Source: an uncultured Zetaproteobacteria bacterium (GTDB taxonomy: Bacteria > Pseudomonadota > Zetaproteobacteria > Mariprofundales > Mariprofundaceae). From it: 44,428 nucleotides of DNA. Positions 36,104 through 44,428 of this stretch are shown here, piece after piece. Within the stretch, counting starts at the first letter, position 1; the number at the start of each line of letters is the position of its first letter. Below the pieces are notes generated by a model, which saw only the letters and a program-made list of their open reading frames with translations, had not been told where the DNA came from and searched no databases. The DNA is taken from contig CAYQMA010000001.1 in NCBI GenBank assembly GCA_964418535.1, positions 1-44,428 on the forward strand, read 5' to 3'. The translations under genes were made by a program, and so were the position numbers.

Positions 36104-37391
36104 GAGACTCCAGCGAACGACGCCCGTCGGCATCGTCCAGATCGAACAGCACCCGCGCCGCGCCCATGAACAGATCGCCTTCCATATCCTCCGGCAGCTT
36201 CTTCAGCGCCTTCAGCGTCGGGTGCATGAAACGCTTCATCAATGCGCGGCTGAAGCGCTCGACGGCTTCGCGCTGCTCCTCATTCAGGCTGTTGAGATAA
36301 CGCGCCTTGGCCAGTTCCTCCTGCCGCATGGCATCCATCTTCTCCTGGATACGGCGGATCAAGGGCACCGATTCCAGCGACTTCAGCCATGCAAGGAACT
36401 GGGCGACATCCTCCTCCAGCAGCGCCCGCGCCTGGGCCGCCGCGCGCTCGCGATGCTCAAGATTGCCTTGCACGACCTGCTGCAAATCGTCCACATCGTA
36501 GAGATAGACCGCATCCAGTTCGTCAACGCGGGGATCAATGTCGCGCGGCACCGCGATGTCCACCAAAAACATCGGCCGTTGGCCGCGCTTTTCCATGGCC
36601 TGCTCCACCTGATCGGGCAACAGGACATAGGTGCTGGCAGCGGTGCTGGAAATCACGATATCCGCCGCATCCAGGTATTCATCGAGCTGATCGAGCGTCA
36701 GCGCATGGCCGTCAAATTCGGCCGCCAACCGCCGCGCCCGTTCCAGCGTCCGGTTGGCCACCAGAATATCGGCCACGCCGTTGCCTTTCAGATGCTGCGC
36801 CGCCAGTTCCGCCATCTCGCCCGCGCCGATCAGCATCACCCGCTTGCCGGCCAGATCGCCGAAGATGCGCCGCGCCAGCTCCACGGCGCAGGAGGAAATG
36901 TTCACTGCATGACGACCAATCTCTGTTTCCGTCCGGGCGCGTTTGGCGGCCGCAAACGTGGCTTGGAACAGCCGGTGCAGCACATGCCCGGCCGTTCCCG
37001 CCGCCAGCGCGCGATCGTAGGCAGATTTGACCTGCCCCAGAATCTGCGGCTCGCCCAGCACCAGCGAATCCAGCCCCGTGGCCACCGCGAACAGATGTCG
37101 CACCGCGTCTTCCGACGTCAACGAATACAGATGCCCGGCTACCGATTCCAGCGGCAGATCGGAGACCCGGGCGAACCAGTCGTGCACCAATGCGATGGCG
37201 GCATCCGGATCGTGCGTCACCAGCGTGAACTCCACGCGATTGCAGGTGGAAAGCAGCGCCACCTCGCGCACCGGCCTGGCCGCCACCATTCGCTTCAGCA
37301 GCGGCGCAATCTCCGCTTCGGGCACCGCCGCGCGTTCGCGCAGCTCCACCGGCGCGGTTCGATGGTTGAGGCCCACATGCACAATCCGCAT
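36087..37391 (-). CDS. hemA: Glutamyl-tRNA reductase
   Basis: '[14 protein letters not shown]', 'LSTCNRVE', '[10 protein letters not shown]', '[12 protein letters not shown]', 'VANRT'. Confidence 0.93.
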   Translation of the reverse strand: MRIVHVGLNHRTAPVELRERAAVPEAEIAPLLKRMVAARPVREVALLSTCNRVEFTLVTHDPDAAIALVHDWFARVSDLPLESVAGHLYSLTSEDAVRHLFAVATGLDSLVLGEPQILGQVKSAYDRALAAGTAGHVLHRLFQATFAAAKRARTETEIGRHAVNISSCAVELARRIFGDLAGKRVMLIGAGEMAELAAQHLKGNGVADILVANRTLERARRLAAEFDGHALTLDQLDEYLDAADIVISSTAASTYVLLPDQVEQAMEKRGQRPMFLVDIAVPRDIDPRVDELDAVYLYDVDDLQQVVQGNLEHRERAAAQARALLEEDVAQFLAWLKSLESVPLIRRIQEKMDAMRQEELAKARYLNSLNEEQREAVERFSRALMKRFMHPTLKALKKLPEDMEGDLFMGAARVLFDLDDADGRRSLESHERKT

Positions 37392-37402
37392 GGATGCGAA
37401 CC

Positions 37403-37900
37403 CTATTCCTTATCCCGCATGGGGTATAGCCCCGCAACCCGAACGGACGCCTCTCCGTCCTCCCGCAAATCGAGCATACGTTCGCGCCCGTCGGCGTCCC
37501 GCATCGCCACCTCCAGCCGGCCCTTGGTGTCCAGCCGCACGATGACGCCCGGCACATCGCTCCCCACCCGGGCGCGGAGCCGTTCCAGGGCTTCGTCGCT
37601 TGCGGCATAGACCGCCACCGTTGCAGCGGCTCCGATACCTTCATCCGCCTCGTCATCGAGCAGCGGAACAGCACGCTCGATCATGCACGCATCGCCATAC
37701 AGCAAGCCCTGCGCCCGGCTTCCGCGCGCCAAGGCATCGTGCAACATGGCCTGCACGGCATGGCGGCCCATCGCAAATGCGACTTCCTTACATGGTTCGG
37801 GCATGGGCAAACCCTGAAAACGGATGCGACCCAGGTCAACGTTCGATACGGCGCAACCCAAACTTGACACTTTCATCCGATCCAGTGGAATGCGCCGCAA
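37403..37900 (-). CDS. Hypothetical protein, possibly a degenerate MPN/JAB-like fold; start uncertain (TTG 37900 or ATG 37876)
   Basis: The ORF ends 11 nt upstream of hemA and has coding-like composition. 'RAQGLLYGD' and 'VAVYAASDEA' lie where JAMM proteins carry 'E.cG.l.G' and 'HSHP', but the catalytic residues are absent. Confidence 0.45.
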   Translation of the reverse strand: MRRIPLDRMKVSSLGCAVSNVDLGRIRFQGLPMPEPCKEVAFAMGRHAVQAMLHDALARGSRAQGLLYGDACMIERAVPLLDDEADEGIGAAATVAVYAASDEALERLRARVGSDVPGVIVRLDTKGRLEVAMRDADGRERMLDLREDGEASVRVAGLYPMRDKE

Positions 37901-37918
37901 CAGGGAGGTGACCGTCGT

Positions 37919-38851
37919 TTGAAACCGTTTTCGCTGATGCTGGTGCCCGAGCAGGGTCGCATGCGCGCCTGGCGGATCACGCCGCGCACGCTAATTGCGC
38001 TGAGCTGCGCGCTGTTGCTGCTGGTTGGCGCGGCGGCTTGGGGCGGCTGGACGGTTTGGCGTCAGGTCAAAAGCGATGATCGCGTTCGCGCCTTGCAGGC
38101 GCAACTGGCGATGGTTCAGGCGCGCGAACAGGCCCGCGTGCGCGCGTTGCAGTCAAAACTGGACGCCAGCCGCAAGCAGCTGGCCGCGTATGCGCGCGAC
38201 ATTGGCGCCATGCAGGCCCGTCTGGCGCGGCTGGACGCCTTGGGTTCGAAACTGGTCGAGACAGCATCCCTGGATCCTTCCGAGTTCAACTTTGGCCTGG
38301 CGCCGGCCGTCGGCGGCCCGAAACAAAACCCCGTGCCCGTGGCGCCCGCTGCGATCGACACCTCGCTGGAACAGTTGGATGCGCGTCTGTCCCGCCTGGA
38401 CGAACAACTCGCCGCCATTGATTACCTGCTGGAGCAGCAGCGCTCGGAGCAGGCGGCCCGCCCCCATGCCTGGCCAACCGAAGGCGGCTGGATCAGCTCG
38501 CGCTACGGCCCCCGCATCGATCCCTTCAACGGCGGCCGCGAAATCCATCGCGGCGTGGACATCGCCAACCGCTTCGGCGCGCCGGTGCTGGCCGCCAGCC
38601 ACGGCATTGTCACCTTCGCCGGCAAGATGAAAGGCTTTGGCTACATGATCGACATCGACCACGGCTACGGCTATGTGACCCGTTACGGTCACATGTCGAG
38701 TATCGCGGTCAAGGTTGGAGACGAAGTCAGCGACGGCCAGGTCATCGGGCGCATCGGCTCGCGCGGTCGCTCCACCGGCCCGCATCTGCATTTCGAAGTA
38801 CACCGCTACGGCAAGGCCATCAATCCCATGCCGTTCCTGCCCAGGGGCTGA
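37919..38851 (+). CDS. M23 family metallopeptidase (murein DD-endopeptidase-like) with an N-terminal TM helix and coiled coil
   Basis: 'HRGVDIA' (HxxxD), 'GYVTRYGHMS', 'GSRGRSTGPHLHFEV' (HxH). TM helix 'LIALSCALLLLVGAAAWGGW'. TTG start with a GGGAGG SD 10 nt upstream. Confidence 0.88.
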   Translation: MKPFSLMLVPEQGRMRAWRITPRTLIALSCALLLLVGAAAWGGWTVWRQVKSDDRVRALQAQLAMVQAREQARVRALQSKLDASRKQLAAYARDIGAMQARLARLDALGSKLVETASLDPSEFNFGLAPAVGGPKQNPVPVAPAAIDTSLEQLDARLSRLDEQLAAIDYLLEQQRSEQAARPHAWPTEGGWISSRYGPRIDPFNGGREIHRGVDIANRFGAPVLAASHGIVTFAGKMKGFGYMIDIDHGYGYVTRYGHMSSIAVKVGDEVSDGQVIGRIGSRGRSTGPHLHFEVHRYGKAINPMPFLPRG

Positions 38852-38885
38852 GCGCCGCCGGCCTGCCCTTCGCCCAGGAAATCGT

Positions 38886-39710
38886 TCAGGAAATCTTGCC
38901 CGGCGGCCCGAACTCCTCGGCCTCCACATAAACGCTGGCGGGATACACCGGCCCGATATCCACCATCAGCCAGACATCGCCGCGCAGACCTAGTTCGACA
39001 TCGAGCACGTCGCCCTCGCGCAAGAGACCTGCAATCTCGCGCGCCACCGGCACCGGGCCGATGCGTTCGGGCCGGGAATCGAAGCCGAACATCAGATGCT
39101 GGGCGCCCAATTCCAGCACCCGCGCGTGCCCTTCCACGAAACGGGAAAATCGCTTGCCGCGCAGGCGCGGCGAGATGCCGCCGCCCAGTCGCACATAATG
39201 AAACAACAATCGCATCGCCCGCGCAGCACGCGCGCATTCGCCGGCCATGTCGTTCACCACAGCCAGAAACTCCAGCCGGCGGGGTGCATCCAGATCGCCG
39301 CAATCCGTCATGAAATCCAGCCATTGACGCACCGTTTCCGCATAGGCCTCGATGCCGGTCGCATCATCGCCCAGTTCGCGCAGCAGATACCAACCGAAGA
39401 AATCGCGCATATGCTCCGGCTCCAGCTGCGCCAGCCTCAGGCCGTGCAGTTCGGGCGCCGATTCCATATCCCCTTCGAGCAAATCGCTCATCTGCGCTTC
39501 CAGCGCCTCCTCCCAATCGGCCAGTTGCGGCTCCTCGGTTTCCACGAATTCATCCTGAAAGAGATCGGAATAATGCAGCAGATAATCCGCCAGCCCCTCC
39601 ATGCACTCCTCGGCCAGTTCGCCGGCCTCGCCGCTTTCACGCATGCGGGCCTGCACGAATCGATCCATGGCGTCCTGTAGCAATGTCAAGCGATTCTCCT
39701 GATTCAACAT
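38886..39710 (-). CDS. Acidic hypothetical protein (274 aa), transcribed divergently from efp
   Basis: ATG at 39710. The composition is Glu/Asp/Leu-rich and coding-like, whereas the antisense ORF (39096-39680) is Q/H/R-rich like an artefact. No family recognised. Confidence 0.55.
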   Translation of the reverse strand: MLNQENRLTLLQDAMDRFVQARMRESGEAGELAEECMEGLADYLLHYSDLFQDEFVETEEPQLADWEEALEAQMSDLLEGDMESAPELHGLRLAQLEPEHMRDFFGWYLLRELGDDATGIEAYAETVRQWLDFMTDCGDLDAPRRLEFLAVVNDMAGECARAARAMRLLFHYVRLGGGISPRLRGKRFSRFVEGHARVLELGAQHLMFGFDSRPERIGPVPVAREIAGLLREGDVLDVELGLRGDVWLMVDIGPVYPASVYVEAEEFGPPGKIS

Positions 39711-39711
39711 C

Positions 39712-39740
39712 TTGATGATTGGCGCCGCGATGGCTATGTT
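39712..39740 (+). promoter_or_regulatory. Putative sigma70-type promoter for efp
   Basis: TTGATG (39712-39717), a 17-nt spacer, then TATGTT (39735-39740), about 50 nt upstream of the efp ATG, which has an AAGGAG SD. Confidence 0.35.
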
Positions 39741-39792
39741 CGCCCATCCTCGCCCGACAGGGCCGCACGATCGGAGAAAAAGGAGTTCCGCC

Positions 39793-40353
39793 ATGCAAAT
39801 CAACGCCACCAGCATCCGCAAGGGCATGATTCTGGAGGTGGACGGCGCCCTGTGGCGCGTGATGAAAACACAGCACGTCACCCCGGGCAAGGGCGTGGCC
39901 TGCATGCAGGTGGAAATGCGCAATGTGGAAACGGGCAACAAGACCAACAAGCGCTTCAACTCCACCGAACGCGTGGAGCGCATCACGCTGTCGCAACGCC
40001 CGATGCAGTTCCTCTACGAAGATGGCGGCACCTATCACTTCATGGATATGGAAACCTACGAGCAGGTGGAATTGGGCGAGGATTTGATGGAAGGCGTCAA
40101 GGACTACCTGCTGCCCGAAACCGAGGTCATCATCGAGTTTCACGGCGATCGACCGCTGAATGTGCAACTGCCGCAGACGGTCGTGCTCACGGTCGTCGAA
40201 TGCGATGCGGCCATCAAGGGTCAGACCGCCACCGGCTCCTACAAGCCGGGTAAGCTGGAAACCGGCGCCCCGATCATGGTGCCGCCCTACCTTGAACCGG
40301 GCACGAAGATCAAGGTCAACACCGAAACCGGCGAATTCGTGGAGCGCGCCTGA
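39793..40353 (+). CDS. efp: Elongation factor P (Lys-type loop 'TPGKGVA')
   Basis: 'IRKGMILEVDGALWRVMKTQHVTPGKGVACMQVEMRNVETG', 'ETGAPIMVPPYLEPGTKIKVNTETGEFVERA'. ATG at 39793; the 39712 start is rejected. Confidence 0.93.
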   Translation: MQINATSIRKGMILEVDGALWRVMKTQHVTPGKGVACMQVEMRNVETGNKTNKRFNSTERVERITLSQRPMQFLYEDGGTYHFMDMETYEQVELGEDLMEGVKDYLLPETEVIIEFHGDRPLNVQLPQTVVLTVVECDAAIKGQTATGSYKPGKLETGAPIMVPPYLEPGTKIKVNTETGEFVERA

Positions 40354-40360
40354 ACGTCCG

Positions 40361-41902
40361 ATGTCTGACGGCGGGCGCCATGCTCGCTCCCGGCCCGTGA
40401 CGCGACGCGTTCGCATCATGTTCCTGGCGCTGGGACTCATCCTTGCGCCCATCGCCGGCCGTGCGGCGCCGAGCGACAAGCATCAACCCGCAGCGCCCAT
40501 GCCGCTGGCCAAAGTCATCCGCGAGGTGCTGGCGCATCATCCGGACATGGAGATCGCGCGGCTGAAGACCAGGGTGTCCGACACCGAACCCGAACGACTG
40601 CAAGGGCTTCTGGATCCCAGCTACAAAGTCAGCGCCCTGATCTCGGACGATCGCGACCCGTCCAATTTCGTCTTCAATCCCACGACCGACACGAAATTCG
40701 GCCAGATCAAGGGCAGCATCGCCAAGCCGCTGGAGAACGGCGCAACGATCTCGCTGGGCGCGGATTACCAGCGGACGGACCAGAAATACGCTTTGGGGCC
40801 GGGCGGCTTCACCCGTTTCAATCCCTTCTATCACAATCAGATTGATCTGTCGCTGCGGCAACCGCTGATGCGTGGAAAAGGCCGGCCGGACTGGCGCGAG
40901 GGCCTGGCCGCGGCGCTCGCCGATGCCCGCGCTGCGCGCCTGAACGAGCGCGTGACGGCACGCACGCTGGCCCGGCAGGCCATCCAGCTCTATTTCAACA
41001 TCGCCATCGACGAAGCCAATGTCCGGCTGGCGCGCGCGGGCGTGCGCCGGGCCGAAAAATTGCTGCGTTATCAGCAGTCCCGCGAACGCTTCGGCCTGAT
41101 CGAAAAGGCCGACCGATTGCAAACCTCCGCGCTCCTGGCCAGCCGCAAACTCAACCAGACCAATGCCGAGGCCAATCTGGCGCGCGACATCACGGCCCTG
41201 AATCGGTTGATGCTGCGCGACACCGCTGCGCCCATCGTCACCGGCGATGACATTGATCCGGATACGTCGACGCCGGATCTGGAGGCTGTGATGGACATCG
41301 CGCTCAAACACCGACCCGAGCTGCGGGCGATGGATGCGCGGCTGGAAGCCGCGGAGGCCCGCCTGAAGCAGGCGCGCGACGCCGAGCGAATGCAGCTGGA
41401 TCTGGTGGCGCAAGCCGGGACACGTGCGCTGGCCGGCGACGCAGGCACGGCCGTGCGCAAGGGCTTCGGCCTGTCCGACCGGTTTGTTTCGCTCGGTCTG
41501 GAAATGAGCGACGACATCGGCGACCACAGCGCCCGCGCGCTCATTCGCAAGGCGGAACTGGAACGCGCCCGGGTGCAGGCCGAACGTCGCCAACTCGTGG
41601 AGCAAATCCGCAGCGACGCGGCCAATCTCCTCACCTTGATCCGCACCGGACGCAAGGCCTGGCGGGCGGCGCGCGCACGCATGCGGGCCGAAAAGCTCAA
41701 ATTCCAGGCCGAGACCGAGCGCTACCGGGCCGGACGATCGGACACGGCCACCGTGATCCGCTTTGAAGGCGATCTGCTGGCCGCGCAGGTGGAGGCCTCG
41801 ATACGGCGGCTGGCGCTGCTGCGCAACCTGCGGCAACTGGCCTGGGTGGAAGGCGTGTTGCTCGATCAGCTCGGCATCCGCTTGTCTCCGGAAAAACCGT
41901 GA
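40361..41902 (+). CDS. TolC-family outer-membrane efflux protein (start 40361 or 40418)
   Basis: Signal-like 'MFLALGLILAPIAGRAAP'. Two helical-repeat halves typical of outer-membrane efflux (OEP) proteins ('LSLRQPLMRGKG', 'AERRQLVEQIRSDAANL', 'YRAGRSDTATVIRFEGDLLAAQ'). Confidence 0.8.
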   Translation: MSDGGRHARSRPVTRRVRIMFLALGLILAPIAGRAAPSDKHQPAAPMPLAKVIREVLAHHPDMEIARLKTRVSDTEPERLQGLLDPSYKVSALISDDRDPSNFVFNPTTDTKFGQIKGSIAKPLENGATISLGADYQRTDQKYALGPGGFTRFNPFYHNQIDLSLRQPLMRGKGRPDWREGLAAALADARAARLNERVTARTLARQAIQLYFNIAIDEANVRLARAGVRRAEKLLRYQQSRERFGLIEKADRLQTSALLASRKLNQTNAEANLARDITALNRLMLRDTAAPIVTGDDIDPDTSTPDLEAVMDIALKHRPELRAMDARLEAAEARLKQARDAERMQLDLVAQAGTRALAGDAGTAVRKGFGLSDRFVSLGLEMSDDIGDHSARALIRKAELERARVQAERRQLVEQIRSDAANLLTLIRTGRKAWRAARARMRAEKLKFQAETERYRAGRSDTATVIRFEGDLLAAQVEASIRRLALLRNLRQLAWVEGVLLDQLGIRLSPEKP

Positions 41903-44428
41903 AACGCATCATCGCTTTCTTTGTCCGGCGCGGATTGCTGGTCAATCTGCTGTCGCTGATGCTGCTGGGCGGCGGCGTGTTTGCCGCCATGACCATCCAG
42001 CGCGAGGCTTTTCCGAGCGTCAATTTCGACCTGGTGGTCATTACCGCCGGCTGGCCCGGCGCCTCGCCGCGCGAGATCGAGCGACTGGTGGTCACGCCCA
42101 TCGAGCGCGAACTCAAGGGCGTGGACGGCATCAACACCATCCGTTCCACCGCCTATCCCGGCTCGATGACGATCAACATCGAGGTGGATCCGGATTACAA
42201 GGATCGCTCCCGCTTTGTCTCCGATGTGCAACAGGCGGTGAACCGGGCCAGTCTGCCGGACGATCTGCCGGACGACCCGCGCATCATGGAAATCAAGTCC
42301 GAACAAGCGCCGGTGCTGTCCTTCACCATCTTCGGCGACTTCGAACCACTCAAGCTCAAACGCATTGCCGATCACATCGAGGACGACGTGCTGGACATCC
42401 CCGGCGTGGCGCGCGTCATCACCCAAGGCAAGCGCAAGGAAGAAATCCGCATCGTGCTCGATCCCGACCGGATGCGCCGCGCCCGCGTCACAGCCGGCGA
42501 CGTGGCCAGGCTGATCCGCGGCTGGAACATCAACGCCCCCGGCGGAACGCTGAAATCGCCCGACGGCCAGCGCATCATTCGCGTGACCGGCCAGTTCACC
42601 TCGGCCCGGGACGCGGCCAATCTGGTGCTGCGCGCCAACGATCGGGGCGACGCGCTGCGACTGGGCGATGTGGCAACGGTCGAGGAAACGCTGGTGGAGC
42701 CCACCCGCTATGTGGACGCAATGGGCCAGCCGGCCATCAACATGATCGTGATGAAAAAAGGCGACGCGGACATCATCGATCTGGTGGATCGCATCCGCGC
42801 CTATCTGAAAACCATACCCGACCTCTACGGCAAGGGCGTGCATGTGCGCACCTACCAGGATTTCTCAACCATCACGCGCCTGCGGCTGGGCGTGCTGACC
42901 AGCAACGGCGGTCTGGGGCTGCTGCTGGTGCTGGCCACGCTGCTCTTGTTTCTGCGACCGGCCGTCGCCATCACCACCGCCTGGGGCCTGCCGGTCATCT
43001 TCTTTTCCGGCCTGTTCGCCCTCTATCTGGGCGGCGCGACGCTGAACCTGCTGACGATGTTCGGTTTCATCATCGTGCTGGGCCTGATGGTGGACGACGC
43101 CATCATCATCGGCGAAAACATCACCTGGCACATGGAACAAGGCGCGCGGCCCGAACGCGCCGCCATCCTGGGCGCCTGGGAGCTGGCCGGCCCGGTTTCA
43201 GCCACAGTGCTGACCACCATCGTGGCCTTTCTGCCGCTGATGTTCATGGACGGCATCATCGGCAAGTTCGTGTTCTCGATTCCGGTGGTCGTGGTCACGC
43301 TGCTGCTGTTTTCCTGGCTGGAGGCGCTCTTCATCCTGCCCAATCATGTGCGGGACATCAGCAACCCCCGCGCCCATCCGGGCGAGCGCCGGGTGCTCAT
43401 CTGGCTGACGAACCTTTACCTGCCGCTGCTGCGACTGGCCGTCAAATGGCGCTGGCTCACCGTGTTGCTGACGCTCGTCGCGCTCGGCGCCAGCCTGTGG
43501 CTTGCCGCCGGCATGAAATTCCAGCTCTTTCCGCCGGGGGCGGAAAACCAGTTCTATGTGCGCGTGACCGCGCCCACCGGCACCACGCTGGAGGAAATGC
43601 GCGGCATCCTGCACCGCGTGGATCGCGAGGTGCGCGCGCGCATTGATCCGAAGCTGTTGGAAACGACCATCGCCATCGCGGGCCAAAGCAGCGCCGACGA
43701 GCGCGATGCGCTGAAGCAGATGGGCGATCATTTCGGCTTCGTGCGCGTGGTGCTCACGCCGTTCTCCACCCGCTCGGTGTCGGCCTTCACGGTGATGCGC
43801 AAACTGGAGCGCGAAATCCCGCCGCTGTTTCCCAAGCTGCCGATGGATTTCGTGATGCTCAAACCCGGGCCGCCGGTGGGCCGGGCCCTGCAGGTCGAGC
43901 TTTCGGGCCCTGATGAAGCCGCCATCACCCGCGCGGCGCTGAATCTGACCCGATATCTGGAAGGCATTCCCGGCGTCCATTCGATCGAAAGCGGCCTAAC
44001 GCCGGGCGATCCGGAAATCCATATCGTGCTGGATCGCGCCCGGGCCGCCTATGCCGGCGTGGACATGGCCACGGTGGCCGCGCACATCCGCGCCGCCTTC
44101 GACGGCCTGCGCGTATCCACAATCAATCGCGGCAAGGAGGAGGTGGATGTCACGCTGCGCTATCCCGAACGCTACCACCGCGACATCGGCACACTGCGCC
44201 GACTGGGCATTCCGAACCGCATGGGCGGACTCACGGAACTGGGCCGTATTGCCCGCTTTGAAACCCGGCCAGGCGTGACCAACATCCAGCACAAGGACGG
44301 CAACCGGGTCATCAATGTCTCCGCCGAAGTGGATCCAGCTGTCCTCACCTCGCGGGCGCTGAACGCCAGAGTATTGCGCGACAAGGCCCAATGGCTGGGC
44401 AAGGATGCCGGCCACGTGCGCCTGCATC
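41899..44428 (+). CDS. RND-superfamily efflux permease (AcrB/CzcA-like), 3' partial. It is not in the supplied ORF track because no stop codon lies in the window.
   Basis: Hand translation in frame 1 from the GTG at 41899 gives 'VKRIIAFFVRRGLLVNLLSLMLLGGGVFA..REAFPSVNFDLVVI...PGASPREIERLVVTPIERELKGVDGI' and 'LNLLTMFGFIIVLGLMVDDAIIIGENI'. No stop was seen in the stretches I translated; the whole frame was not scanned. The GTG overlaps the TolC-like stop (GTGA). Confidence 0.85.
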   Translation, partial: MKRIIAFFVRRGLLVNLLSLMLLGGGVFAAMTIQREAFPSVNFDLVVITAGWPGASPREIERLVVTPIERELKGVDGINTIRSTAYPGSMTINIEVDPDYKDRSRFVSDVQQAVNRASLPDDLPDDPRIMEIKSEQAPVLSFTIFGDFEPLKLKRIADHIEDDVLDIPGVARVITQGKRKEEIRIVLDPDRMRRARVTAGDVARLIRGWNINAPGGTLKSPDGQRIIRVTGQFTSARDAANLVLRANDRGDALRLGDVATVEETLVEPTRYVDAMGQPAINMIVMKKGDADIIDLVDRIRAYLKTIPDLYGKGVHVRTYQDFSTITRLRLGVLTSNGGLGLLLVLATLLLFLRPAVAITTAWGLPVIFFSGLFALYLGGATLNLLTMFGFIIVLGLMVDDAIIIGENITWHMEQGARPERAAILGAWELAGPVSATVLTTIVAFLPLMFMDGIIGKFVFSIPVVVVTLLLFSWLEALFILPNHVRDISNPRAHPGERRVLIWLTNLYLPLLRLAVKWRWLTVLLTLVALGASLWLAAGMKFQLFPPGAENQFYVRVTAPTGTTLEEMRGILHRVDREVRARIDPKLLETTIAIAGQSSADERDALKQMGDHFGFVRVVLTPFSTRSVSAFTVMRKLEREIPPLFPKLPMDFVMLKPGPPVGRALQVELSGPDEAAITRAALNLTRYLEGIPGVHSIESGLTPGDPEIHIVLDRARAAYAGVDMATVAAHIRAAFDGLRVSTINRGKEEVDVTLRYPERYHRDIGTLRRLGIPNRMGGLTELGRIARFETRPGVTNIQHKDGNRVINVSAEVDPAVLTSRALNARVLRDKAQWLGKDAGHVRLH

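Noticed and set aside
1-44428. CRISPR arrays, tandem repeats, IS elements, prophage or toxin-antitoxin pairs
   Set aside because: Reading all intergenic spacers (the longest are about 100-170 nt) showed no repeat-spacer periodicity or terminal inverted repeats. I also saw no transposase or integrase-like ORFs and no small paired ORFs. A computational repeat search is still advisable, since this check was by eye only.

Overview
This is a high-GC, very gene-dense chromosomal window from a Gram-negative bacterium, probably a proteobacterium given lapA/lapB, ihfB, a FadL-family porin and TolC/RND genes. I saw no CRISPR array, integrase, transposase or prophage genes. Most of the window is conserved housekeeping. 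One 16-gene, almost gapless minus-strand array spans 6079-22683: diguanylate cyclase, adenylate cyclase, lipoprotein, ispG, hisS, pheA, hisC, tyrA, aroA, cmk, rpsA, ihfB, lapA, lapB, pyrF, dgt. A second co-directional minus-strand block spans 30657-37900: hypothetical, hemA, prfA, prmC, polA, DUF2726 protein. The rest is mpl (5' partial), tRNA-Ser(CGA), yhbY, a bolA-like gene, an M23 peptidase and efp. The less ordinary content is signalling and envelope modules. (1) A translationally coupled triad of CHASE2-TPR-Ser/Thr kinase, PP2C phosphatase and double-FHA protein sits beside the tRNA. (2) A GGDEF cyclase with a Rossmann-like N-terminus, a HAMP class III adenylate cyclase and a helical-repeat lipoprotein lie in tandem directly upstream of ispG. 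(3) A stand-alone cyclic-nucleotide-binding protein heads a Ca2+/cation exchanger and Na+/H+ antiporter operon. (4) A VolA-like lipoprotein lipase is paired with a FadL-family porin and has visibly lower GC. (5) A membrane-anchored DUF2726 nuclease-like protein carries a topoisomerase-type zinc ribbon. (6) A TolC-like gene overlaps an RND permease gene with no membrane-fusion gene between them. That RND ORF is missing from the supplied ORF track because it runs off the window end. I found nothing I can call a new system with confidence, so the items above are ranked candidates. All domain calls rest on motifs read by eye from the translations and need HMM or BLAST confirmation.
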